Assembly: GCF_000354175.2 (NCBI RefSeq)
Contig: NC_022349.1
Coordinates: 1,650,001-1,682,000 of the forward strand
DNA length: 32,000 nt
Direction of reading: 5' to 3'
Source: Vibrio alginolyticus NBRC 15630 = ATCC 17749
GTDB lineage: Bacteria; Pseudomonadota; Gammaproteobacteria; Enterobacterales; Vibrionaceae
Part shown: positions 17,267 through 26,243 of the stretch, piece by piece
How the letters are laid out: each line of letters opens with the position of its first letter
Position numbering within the stretch: position 1 is the stretch's first letter
The notes under the pieces: generated by a model
What the model was told of the DNA's origin: nothing
Databases searched by the model: none
Seen by the model: the letters and a program-made list of their open reading frames with translations, nothing else
Position numbers and translations under genes: made by a program

Positions 17267-20200
17267 TTACTGTTCGGAGTGATGCTCTCTCCCGAGCATA
17301 AGCAAACACGGTGTCAGAACTAACGTTAGCAAAGTCGCAAACGCCAAACCACCCGCGACAGCGGTCGCAAGCTGAGACCACCATTGAGTGCTTGGTGCGC
17401 CAAACTCCACTTTCTGATTAACTAAGTCGATGTTCATTTCTAACACCATTGGCAATAAGCCTAATATGGTGGTCACCGTCGTAAGTAAAACGGGTCTTAA
17501 ACGCTGCACACCCGTACGCAAAATAGCCTCAGATTTTTCTAAGCCACGTTTACGCATCTGATTATAAGTATCGATTAAAACAATATTGTTGTTTACCACG
17601 ATACCAGCCAACGCAATCACTCCAATTCCCGACATAATGATGCCAAATGGCTTTTGGAAAATAAGTAACCCAGCGAAGACACCAACGGTAGAAAACAGCA
17701 CTGCACTAAGGATTAAGAAAGCTTGATAAAAGCTATTAAACTGCGTAATTAAAATCAAAGCCATCACACCAAGCGCGACAATAAAAGCATTTTGCAAGAA
17801 TGCTGATGAGTTTTCCTGCTCTTCATTTTGACCCCGAATCTTATATTCAATGCCTTCTGGTAAGTCGAGCTGTTCCATTCCAGCGGCAATCTTAGGTAAC
17901 TCAAGCGCCAAATTGTAACCTTCCACCATATCCGCTTTAATATTGATAACTCGATGACCGTCGACCCGACGAATAGTGTCTTGCTTATGATCTGGTTTGA
18001 TTTGAGCAAAATTCGTAATCGGTACTAGACCAGCTGCCGTTTTCACTCTCAGCTGATCAAATCGACCTATGTCGCGCTTATCTTGCGGATAGCGCACCAA
18101 AATATCGACTTCTTCATCCGCATCATCGGGCAAATAATCGCCTATTTTCAAGCCGTTCGTAACAAACTGGACGGTATTCCCGACTAAAGTAGCATCCGCT
18201 GCAAAGCGAGAGGCGTCATCTCGCTGGATATCAATTTGCCAATCAATCCCTTCCTTATTAGTGGTATCACTCAAGTTGGTCAGTGCAGGATTACCATCAG
18301 CCCAATGTCGTACTTTTTTGGCTGCTTCATCTAACGCACTAACACTCAAATTTCGTGATGACACTTCAATCACGAGATCATGCTCGACAGGCGGCCCTGC
18401 GTCCGGGAATTTATACTCAAGTTCAACACCATAAAAGCGGTCTGTCGTCTCTTTTAGTTCCTCAATAATGGTTTTCACTTTGCGTCGATACTGCCAATCC
18501 ACAGGCGTTATTTGAATCTGGCCAATCTCGTCCCCATTATCGCTCGATCCTGTGCGCGTGTAGACACTTTCAAACTCGTCATGACCGAGCATCACCTTCT
18601 CGATTTCGCGCATAACAACATCTTTTTCGTGAATAGACAGGTCACCATAAGAACGAACTTTAACGGTAAAAAAGGCAGGGTCCACCTCAGGGAAAAACTC
18701 TGCACCCAAGCCAGCTTTGTTGTAAGTGAAGCCGACACCTGCCGCTAGCAGTATCGCGCTGAGTAAGACTTTCCATGGATGACGAATCGCTACCGACAGA
18801 GTCTGGTAATAAAGCTTGGTAATGCCAGTCGCTTTTTCAAAGTTGCCGTTATGCAGCTCCACCATTTCTCGCTGAGCTTTCTGATTGACTACTTGAGGCT
18901 TGCCAATGATCCCACCGATGACAGGAACGAACAATAAAGCCATCATCAGCGAAGCGGCCAAGGTAGCAATTAAAGTAAGTGGTAAGTACTTCATGAACTC
19001 ACCAGTGATGTCTGGCCAGAAAAGTAACGGAGCAAACGCAGCCAATGTGGTTGCTGTGGATGCGGTAATAGGCCAGGCCATTCGCTTTGCTGCATCTCGA
19101 TAGGCTTCTTTACGTGGCGTTCCTTCTTGCATGCGCCGATCTGCAAACTCTGTCACCACAATGGCACCATCCACCAACATGCCTACCGCCATAATTAAAG
19201 CAAACAGTACGACGATATTGACCGTCAGCCCAAATACCGATAACACCAACAACCCAGTCAAGAACGATCCTGGAATAGAAATCCCCACGAGAAGCGCGGT
19301 CCTAACCCCCAATATGGCAATAATGACGATAACTACGAGGATAATTGCGGATAAGATATTGTTTTGTAGATCACTGAGCATCAATTTGACATCGTCGGAT
19401 TGATCCCAAGTATATTTAACTTGCAAATTGTCGGGCCACTCGGCGCGCTTCTGTCCCAGAGCCAGTACTTCTTTTACCAGCTCAACCGTTTCAATGATGT
19501 TTTCCCCTGCCCGTTTTTTTACGTCCAAAACGATGGCAGATTCGCCATCTAAACGAGCAAAACTTTCAGGATCGCGAAATGCACGTCGTACTGTCGCCAC
19601 ATCGCCAAAAGTGATCACCTCTTTGCCATTCACCTTGATCGGTAGTTCAAGCACATCTTTCAGTGAATCAAAAACCGATGGGACTTTTACCGAAAAGCGT
19701 CCATACCCAGTATCGACAAACCCCGCAGCCACAACTCGGTTATTCAAGGCAATTAAATTATAGATGTCCGCTTGATCGAGACCGTAGCTTTCCATCAATA
19801 GCGGATCGACAACTATCTCCACGATGTCTTCGCGATCCCCTGCGATTTCAACTTCAAGAACCTGACGGAAACTCTCCAAACGATCACGTAGCGTTCTGGC
19901 AATCTGTACAATGGTCCGCTCTGGTACGGTGCCATATAGAACAACAGTCAAAACAGGCTCTTCAGATGCAAACGTGACTTCATTTACCGTTGGCTCATCA
20001 CTGTCCTCTGGTAATTTTGGCTTTGCAAGATCAACCGCATCACGCACATCTGCCATCGCTTTATCAAGATCCACTCCAACACTAAATTCCAGCGTCACCG
20101 AAGCATGACCTTCTGATGCCACAGAGGTCATCTCTTTTACGCCTTCAATAGAGCGCAACTCTTGCTCTATTGGCCGAACTAATAAACGTTCGGCATCGAC

Positions 20201-20371
20201 GGGAGAAATGCCTTGATGCCCAACAGAAACGTAGATAATAGGAATGGTAATATCTGGGCTCGATTCCTTGGGGATAGTGACGTAAGTAATGACACCGGCA
20301 ATTAAGATCATCACCAGTAATGTCAGCATGGTGCGAGCGCGGGATAACGCAGCATCAATCAGAGTGTACAT
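17267..20371 (-). CDS. vexF: RND efflux transporter permease (AcrB/HAE family, 12-TM)
   Basis: 1034-aa ORF with typical RND topology and motifs, and a 9-nt gap to the upstream adaptor gene. The symbol is assigned only by synteny with what I recall as V. cholerae vexEF (VC0628-0629, between erpA and the M23 peptidase/tyrS). Confidence 0.93.
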   Translation of the reverse strand: MYTLIDAALSRARTMLTLLVMILIAGVITYVTIPKESSPDITIPIIYVSVGHQGISPVDAERLLVRPIEQELRSIEGVKEMTSVASEGHASVTLEFSVGVDLDKAMADVRDAVDLAKPKLPEDSDEPTVNEVTFASEEPVLTVVLYGTVPERTIVQIARTLRDRLESFRQVLEVEIAGDREDIVEIVVDPLLMESYGLDQADIYNLIALNNRVVAAGFVDTGYGRFSVKVPSVFDSLKDVLELPIKVNGKEVITFGDVATVRRAFRDPESFARLDGESAIVLDVKKRAGENIIETVELVKEVLALGQKRAEWPDNLQVKYTWDQSDDVKLMLSDLQNNILSAIILVVIVIIAILGVRTALLVGISIPGSFLTGLLVLSVFGLTVNIVVLFALIMAVGMLVDGAIVVTEFADRRMQEGTPRKEAYRDAAKRMAWPITASTATTLAAFAPLLFWPDITGEFMKYLPLTLIATLAASLMMALLFVPVIGGIIGKPQVVNQKAQREMVELHNGNFEKATGITKLYYQTLSVAIRHPWKVLLSAILLAAGVGFTYNKAGLGAEFFPEVDPAFFTVKVRSYGDLSIHEKDVVMREIEKVMLGHDEFESVYTRTGSSDNGDEIGQIQITPVDWQYRRKVKTIIEELKETTDRFYGVELEYKFPDAGPPVEHDLVIEVSSRNLSVSALDEAAKKVRHWADGNPALTNLSDTTNKEGIDWQIDIQRDDASRFAADATLVGNTVQFVTNGLKIGDYLPDDADEEVDILVRYPQDKRDIGRFDQLRVKTAAGLVPITNFAQIKPDHKQDTIRRVDGHRVINIKADMVEGYNLALELPKIAAGMEQLDLPEGIEYKIRGQNEEQENSSAFLQNAFIVALGVMALILITQFNSFYQAFLILSAVLFSTVGVFAGLLIFQKPFGIIMSGIGVIALAGIVVNNNIVLIDTYNQMRKRGLEKSEAILRTGVQRLRPVLLTTVTTILGLLPMVLEMNIDLVNQKVEFGAPSTQWWSQLATAVAGGLAFATLLTLVLTPCLLMLGREHHSEQ

Positions 20372-20380
20372 AAGTGCTCC

Positions 20381-21496
20381 TTACTGCTCACTAGCCGCTT
20401 CAACAACTACGTCATCAACTTTATTGGCCAGTACTTGATCACCATCTCGCACAAAACCTTGTCCCAGTACGATAATGTCTGCACGCTCTCCTAACCCAGA
20501 GAGCCACACACCATCATCCTCGGCCTTAACGAGTTGAATTGGAACAAACTCAACATACTCATTACGCAGTGTCTTGACACCTAAGTTACCTTCTTCATCT
20601 AGTGCTAACATGGCAGCCGTAATCTTTACTGCCAACACTTCACTCAAAGGCAGCTGTACTTCTGCGCTCATACCGGCAGGAATTCTTGCGTCTTGATTAT
20701 CAATTTCGATTTCAATTGGAAATGTATTAGTAGAAGCAGAAGAAACACGTCCAATGTAGCGCACACGACCTTGATGATGCTGTTGGTTAATGGTTCTTAC
20801 GTCGGCTTCTAGGCCTTCCTTAAGGTATTGTATATGCCGTTCACTGACATCGGCTTCAATCACTAAAGTATCCAAATCAATGACCGTCGCAATAGGATCG
20901 CCAATCCCGACAAAATCACCTAACTCAACAAAGTGGTGATCTACGATGCCATCAAATGGCGCTTTAACCTCAGTATTTCTTAAAGCCGTTTGCACGTTAC
21001 TCAAATTCGCACGTGCATCTACCAACGCTGCTTGCGCTGTCGCAAATGCAACCTCACCTTGCAGTCCACGACTTTTTAGCGATTTAGCTGCATTAAACTC
21101 TTTCTCTTTAACCAACAGCATCGCCTGGGCCCGTTTAAGTTGAATGCCAAGGTCGCGCTTATCGATGTTTGCGATCACTTGTCCCTGTTTGACCGCTTGG
21201 CCTTTCTTTATGTTAAGACTGACTATTTTACCGGCAACTTCGGCGCCAAGACGCGCTTGACGATTGGGCGCTGTTCGTCCATACAATTCAATGGTTTTAC
21301 TGGTAGGTTCGGCAAGAAAAGTATCAAACATCACCTTTGCAAGTGGTGTTGTGTTCGTGGATGTTGAAGAGTTAGGATGATCATCTTGTGCTTTGAGTTG
21401 GCCGATGGTTAGCCATGCAACAAGAAGTAAGACGAGGATAAGAGATACTAGCCAAGGGCGCTCGACAATTCGGCGTCCAAAAGAAAGTCCAGACAT
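20381..21496 (-). CDS. vexE: RND efflux periplasmic adaptor (membrane fusion protein, HlyD_D23 type)
   Basis: 371-aa ORF with an N-terminal TM anchor, a coiled-coil hairpin, and lipoyl and beta-barrel regions. It appears translationally linked to the RND permease. The symbol is assigned by synteny only. Confidence 0.9.
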   Translation of the reverse strand: MSGLSFGRRIVERPWLVSLILVLLLVAWLTIGQLKAQDDHPNSSTSTNTTPLAKVMFDTFLAEPTSKTIELYGRTAPNRQARLGAEVAGKIVSLNIKKGQAVKQGQVIANIDKRDLGIQLKRAQAMLLVKEKEFNAAKSLKSRGLQGEVAFATAQAALVDARANLSNVQTALRNTEVKAPFDGIVDHHFVELGDFVGIGDPIATVIDLDTLVIEADVSERHIQYLKEGLEADVRTINQQHHQGRVRYIGRVSSASTNTFPIEIEIDNQDARIPAGMSAEVQLPLSEVLAVKITAAMLALDEEGNLGVKTLRNEYVEFVPIQLVKAEDDGVWLSGLGERADIIVLGQGFVRDGDQVLANKVDDVVVEAASEQ

Positions 21497-21601
21497 ATAA
21501 AGTCCTTTTTATTATTTCTCTGCATATCTGCGAGTGTGCGCTTTACGTGACATCCTTCTACATAAAGCACAGGCAGCCATTAGCTGCCTGTTAGGTGTTA
21601 A

Positions 21602-21943
21602 TTACACACTGAACGATGCACCACAACCACATGTTGTCGTTGCATTTGGATTATTTACGAAGAAGCGCGCTCCTTCCAACCCTTCTGTGTAGTCAACAAT
21701 ACCGCCAACGAGATATTGCAGACTCATAGGGTCTACAACCAGTGTTACACCACTGTTTACGATTGTCGTATCGCCTTCGTTTACATTTTCATCAAAAGTA
21801 AAGCCGTATTGGAAGCCGCTGCAGCCGCCGCCAGTAATGTATACGCGCAGTTTCAATGCTGGGTTTTCTTCTTCAGCAATCAATGCTTTAACGCGAGATG
21901 CTGCTGCGTCAGAAAAAGATAATGGTACGTTTACTTCGCTCAC
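21602..21943 (-). CDS. erpA: Iron-sulfur cluster insertion protein ErpA (A-type carrier)
   Basis: [22 protein letters not shown]...[23 protein letters not shown]...NPNA..TCGCG.SF is nearly identical to E. coli ErpA. Both candidate starts are GTG. I prefer 21943 ([10 protein letters not shown], 113 aa) because GAGAGG lies 5 nt upstream of it. Confidence 0.9.
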   Translation of the reverse strand: MSEVNVPLSFSDAAASRVKALIAEEENPALKLRVYITGGGCSGFQYGFTFDENVNEGDTTIVNSGVTLVVDPMSLQYLVGGIVDYTEGLEGARFFVNNPNATTTCGCGASFSV

Positions 21944-22189
21944 GAAGACCTCTCTCACTCGTGTAATGCGTCAAGCCTGAAGCAAGACGTCAAATTTGTG
22001 CTAATTGAGACGATTATCCAATACCTGACAAACTCGTTCAAGTATTCGCCGCCGATTCTTTATAACAGATGCGGATATATAAGATTACACTGCGAAACAA
22101 CACATAAATTAAGCAAAACGTTTCTAACTTGATTATAGCTAGGTACAATGCGCTCCACTTGGTCCGAGCAATCAAAAGAGGATAACCCC

Positions 22190-23485
22190 ATGACCAAATC
22201 ATCAGAGCTGTATCAAAAAGCTCAGCAAACCATCCCTGGCGGTGTCAATTCACCAGTTCGTGCATTCAACGGCGTTGGCGGCTCTCCGCTATTTATCGAA
22301 CGAGCAGACGGTCCACTGATTTTTGATGCCGATGGTAAAGCGTATATTGATTACGTTGGCTCTTGGGGTCCAATGATTCTTGGCCACAACCACGCAGTTA
22401 TCCGCGAAGCAGTAATTGATGCAGCGCAACGCGGTCTTAGCTTCGGTGCGCCAACAGAACTTGAAATCGCGATGGCAGAATTAGTTTCTGAGCTTGTTCC
22501 ATCAATGGAGCAAATCCGCATGGTAAGTTCTGGTACTGAAGCTACGATGAGCGCGATTCGCCTTGCACGTGGCTTCACCGGTCGCGACAAGATCATGAAA
22601 TTTGAAGGTTGTTACCACGGCCATGCTGACAGCTTGCTAGTAAAAGCAGGTTCTGGTGCACTAACTCTAGGCCAACCAAGCTCTCCTGGCGTTCCTGCAG
22701 ATTTTGCTAAGCACACGCTAACAGCAACATTCAACGACCTAGATTCTGTACGCGAGCTATTTGCTGCTAACAAAGGCGAAATTGCTTGTATCATCGTTGA
22801 GCCAGTAGCAGGCAACATGAACTGTATTCCACCAGTGGAAGGCTTCCACGAAGGGCTACGTGACATCTGTGATCAAGAAGGCGCGCTACTAATTTTTGAT
22901 GAAGTAATGACAGGCTTCCGTGTTGCTCTAGGCGGCGCGCAAGCACACTACAACATCAAACCCGACCTAACGACACTGGGTAAAGTGATTGGTGGCGGTA
23001 TGCCAGTAGGTGCTTTCGGTGGCCGTAAAGAAGTGATGCAATACGTTGCACCTACAGGCCCAGTTTACCAAGCTGGTACCCTTTCCGGTAACCCTGTCGC
23101 AATGGCAGCAGGCTACGCATGTTTGAACCTTCTAAAAGAAGAGGGCAACGAAAAGCGCCTAGCTTCTAAAACGAAACAACTTGCTGAAGGTTTTAAGTCT
23201 CTAGCAGAAAAACACGGTATTCCGCTAGTTGTTAACCAAGTGGGCGGTATGTTCGGCTTCTTCTTCACTGACCAAGAAAAAGTAACTTGCTACGAAGACG
23301 TAACGAAGTGCGATGTAGAACGCTTCAAGCGTTTCTTCCACTTAATGCTAAAACACGGTGTCTACCTTGCGCCATCTGCGTTTGAAGCGAGCTTTACTTC
23401 ACTCGCTCATGGTTCAAAAGAGATTGATGCCACACTAGAAGCTGCTGACCGCTGTTTTGCTGTTCTTGCAGAAGAAGCGAAGTAA
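22190..23485 (+). CDS. hemL: Glutamate-1-semialdehyde 2,1-aminomutase
   Basis: [26 protein letters not shown]...[14 protein letters not shown]...[11 protein letters not shown] is colinear with E. coli HemL. The track start at 22148 was trimmed to ATG 22190, which is preceded by GAGGA. Confidence 0.95.
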   Translation: MTKSSELYQKAQQTIPGGVNSPVRAFNGVGGSPLFIERADGPLIFDADGKAYIDYVGSWGPMILGHNHAVIREAVIDAAQRGLSFGAPTELEIAMAELVSELVPSMEQIRMVSSGTEATMSAIRLARGFTGRDKIMKFEGCYHGHADSLLVKAGSGALTLGQPSSPGVPADFAKHTLTATFNDLDSVRELFAANKGEIACIIVEPVAGNMNCIPPVEGFHEGLRDICDQEGALLIFDEVMTGFRVALGGAQAHYNIKPDLTTLGKVIGGGMPVGAFGGRKEVMQYVAPTGPVYQAGTLSGNPVAMAAGYACLNLLKEEGNEKRLASKTKQLAEGFKSLAEKHGIPLVVNQVGGMFGFFFTDQEKVTCYEDVTKCDVERFKRFFHLMLKHGVYLAPSAFEASFTSLAHGSKEIDATLEAADRCFAVLAEEAK

Positions 23486-23517
23486 TCGCTAAAAACGGCG
23501 ATAACGCATTTAGAAAA

Positions 23518-23538
23518 GGACCGTAACGGTCCTTTTTT
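23518..23538. terminator. Bidirectional intrinsic terminator after hemL, also closing the convergent small ORF
   Basis: GGACCG-TAA-CGGTCC is followed by T6 on the plus strand. On the minus strand the same hairpin is followed by UUUUCU. Confidence 0.8.
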
Positions 23539-23653
23539 ATTGCCAATTCAAAATAACCAATATCGCTAATACCCCAACGACAATGCCAAACCACGGTATT
23601 CGCTTAGCTTTTTTCTCGGTTTGACACTTTTTATCACCGTTGCAACAACCCAT
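23537..23653 (-). CDS. Candidate 38-aa Cys-rich tail-anchored small membrane protein MGCCNGDKKCQTEKKAKRIPWFGIVVGVLAILVILNWQ
   Basis: It runs from minus-strand ATG 23653 to TAA 23539..23537. It has a purine-rich upstream stretch (AAGAGAUGAGCU), one clear C-terminal TM helix, and a stop that abuts the bidirectional terminator. It is below the ORF-track size cut-off. Confidence 0.35.
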   Translation of the reverse strand: MGCCNGDKKCQTEKKAKRIPWFGIVVGVLAILVILNWQ

Positions 23654-23830
23654 AGCTCATCTCTTGATTGATAACCGACTGATTTGTAGTCATTATAGCA
23701 AGGTACATCGCCCTGCTCTAATTCGGCATTGTCATAAGCTTGAAAGAGTTAAGAGTGCAAAGTAATAAAGGTTACACGCCATCATTGAAGGCATAAACCG
23801 TAAACGTCACCTGTAAGTTGGACTAATACC

Positions 23831-24916
23831 ATGCCAAATAATGTAAAAATAACGTCGAGTCACCGAGTACTAATGGTTGCTTTACTCGCCGCTGCTTTTG
23901 CTTGCTACTTATTGGTTGAGCCATATATCAACTCAATTGTGATGGCTTTTATCATTTCTTTGCTCATGTTTCCGATACACGAATGGTTTGAGCAGAAAAT
24001 TCCCAAGCACCCCAATATGGCGGCACTGCTGTCATGTGTCGTTTTGACGTTTATTATTGTTATCCCGCTTTTATTTGTGTTTGCCGCCATTGTTCAGCAA
24101 GGCTCTGTTTTCTCACAAAATACATATAATTGGGTTACCAATGGTGGTATCCAAGATATATTCCAACATCCTTTCGTTATCAAAGGCTTAGCGATTGTTA
24201 ATGAGTACTTACCTTTTGATAAAATCGAGCCCAAAGCCATCGCTGAGAAAATTGGGCAATTTGCCACATCGTTTGGCTCTAACTTAGTTGCTATTAGCGC
24301 AAAGATTTTAGGAGACGCAACCAACTTCCTAATGAACTTCTTCCTAATGCTGTTTGTGTTGTTTTTTCTGCTTCGTGACCACGACAAAATTATCTCTGCG
24401 ATTCGTCATATTCTGCCACTTTCACGTAGCCAAGAAGACCGAATATTGACAGAGATAGAGCAAGTTTCTAAATCAGCCGTAATGGGCTCATTCATGACGG
24501 CGATTGCTCAAGGTTTGGCTGGCGGCATCGGTATGTGGCTCGCCGGCTTCCCTGGGCTATTTTGGGGAACGATGATGGGCTTTGCATCATTCATTCCAGT
24601 GGTAGGAACCGCGCTAATCTGGATTCCTGCAGCAGCGTACTTGTTCTTAACAGGCGATATGACTTGGGCTATCTTTTTGACGGTGTGGAGTGTAGTTGTC
24701 GTTGGCTCTATAGATAACCTATTGCGCCCGTTGCTAATGCAAGGCAGCGCCGGCATGAATACCCTTATGATTTTCTTCTCATTACTGGGTGGTCTGCATC
24801 TGTTTGGTTTGATTGGTCTTATCTACGGCCCACTTATTTTTGCCGTGACCATGGTACTGTTTAATATCTACGAGGAAGAATTCAAAGACTTCCTTAACCA
24901 ACAAGACAACAGCTAG
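23831..24916 (+). CDS. AI-2E family transporter (PerM/YhhT/TqsA-like permease)
   Basis: 361-aa polytopic membrane ORF with the family-typical C-terminal region GSIDNLLRPLLMQG...GLIGLIYGPLIFAV. Confidence 0.88.
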   Translation: MPNNVKITSSHRVLMVALLAAAFACYLLVEPYINSIVMAFIISLLMFPIHEWFEQKIPKHPNMAALLSCVVLTFIIVIPLLFVFAAIVQQGSVFSQNTYNWVTNGGIQDIFQHPFVIKGLAIVNEYLPFDKIEPKAIAEKIGQFATSFGSNLVAISAKILGDATNFLMNFFLMLFVLFFLLRDHDKIISAIRHILPLSRSQEDRILTEIEQVSKSAVMGSFMTAIAQGLAGGIGMWLAGFPGLFWGTMMGFASFIPVVGTALIWIPAAAYLFLTGDMTWAIFLTVWSVVVVGSIDNLLRPLLMQGSAGMNTLMIFFSLLGGLHLFGLIGLIYGPLIFAVTMVLFNIYEEEFKDFLNQQDNS

Positions 24917-24992
24917 TCACCGCTTAATCACTTCAAGCTTGGGGCAGATTGTGCGAAAATCTGCCCCAAATTATTTCTGATGAACCAAATTT

Positions 24993-26018
24993 ATGTCTGC
25001 TTATATCGCTCCTAGCCAAATAGCTCAGCGCCAACTTGAATACTTCAACGGAAAACACGTTTTAGTCGCGGGTGAAGTTGAAGACCTATTTCCTCTTGAG
25101 TTAGTAGCTCATTGTGAGTCTGTTGAAGTGTTTACTTCCAACTATAGCTACTACCGCCAAATTCAAACCTCTGACAAAGTGAAAAGTCATTTTGGCTCTG
25201 TGTTTGATGTTGAAACAAAAGCAGACATGGTCCTTTTATACTGGCCAAAAGCAAAAGCCGAAGCAGAATACTTGCTGGCGATGTTGATGGCGAAACTGGG
25301 CATTAACACCGAAATCGTCATCGTTGGTGAAAACCGCTCCGGCATCAAGAGCATCGAGAAGATGTTCCAAGAATACGGCCCTGTGAACAAGTACGACTCT
25401 GCTCGTCGCTGCTCATTTTACTGGGGTAATTGCCTCAATGAACCAAAACCTTTCAACCAAGCAGATTGGTTTAAGTCTTACACTGTTACACTCGGTGAGC
25501 AGTCGCTAGCGGTTAAGAGCCTACCTGGCGTATTCAGCCATGGCGAGTTCGACTTAGGTAGCCGATTGCTGCTTGAAACCTTACCTAAGCTGTCGGGCAA
25601 AGTGCTCGACTTTGGTTGTGGTGCAGGTGTACTCGGTGCGTTTATGGCGAAAGCGAATCCAGAGATCGCGATTGAGATGTGTGACATTAATGCTTATGCG
25701 ATCACTTCTAGCCAAGCCACATTAGAAGCGAATGGTTTATCCGGACGCGTATTTGCATCAGATATATACTCGGATACCGCAAAAGACTACCGCTTTATCG
25801 TCAGCAACCCGCCATTCCACAGTGGTCTAGACACAAATTACAACGCAGCGGAAACCTTGTTGGGTCAGGCACCACAATATTTAACCAAAGACGGCGAAAT
25901 GGTGATTGTCGCGAATAGTTTCTTAAAATACCCACCAATTATCGAGCGGGCGTTTAATAATTGCGAGACGCTAAATAAGACCAATAAATTTTCTATCTAC
26001 TACGCGAAAAAATCATAA
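24993..26018 (+). CDS. rsmC: 16S rRNA (guanine1207-N2)-methyltransferase RsmC
   Basis: 341-aa [14 protein letters not shown]...KYDSARRC...[21 protein letters not shown]...[12 protein letters not shown]...IVSNPPFH is colinear with E. coli RsmC. Confidence 0.93.
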   Translation: MSAYIAPSQIAQRQLEYFNGKHVLVAGEVEDLFPLELVAHCESVEVFTSNYSYYRQIQTSDKVKSHFGSVFDVETKADMVLLYWPKAKAEAEYLLAMLMAKLGINTEIVIVGENRSGIKSIEKMFQEYGPVNKYDSARRCSFYWGNCLNEPKPFNQADWFKSYTVTLGEQSLAVKSLPGVFSHGEFDLGSRLLLETLPKLSGKVLDFGCGAGVLGAFMAKANPEIAIEMCDINAYAITSSQATLEANGLSGRVFASDIYSDTAKDYRFIVSNPPFHSGLDTNYNAAETLLGQAPQYLTKDGEMVIVANSFLKYPPIIERAFNNCETLNKTNKFSIYYAKKS

Positions 26019-26026
26019 CTTCCCCC

Positions 26027-26055
26027 CGCGCGGGCACAAACCTGCGCGATTTTTT
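26027..26055 (+). terminator. Intrinsic terminator after rsmC
   Basis: CGCGCGGG-CACAAA-CCTGCGCG (8 bp, one G:U pair) followed by ATTTTTT. Confidence 0.7.
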
Positions 26056-26243
26056 CTCATAAATTCAACACTCATAAGAAAAACTGCGTCACCCTGCACG
26101 CTTTACAACTAACTTTCTTGTCAAAGAAAAAAACTCGTTAATTTTGTTAATTCTATCTAGTTGAACATCTTATCCGTTTTTAACGAGAACCTCGGCAGCG
26201 AAGTATGTTTTAGAACTGCCCATTATGAGTTGTAATCTTATCC

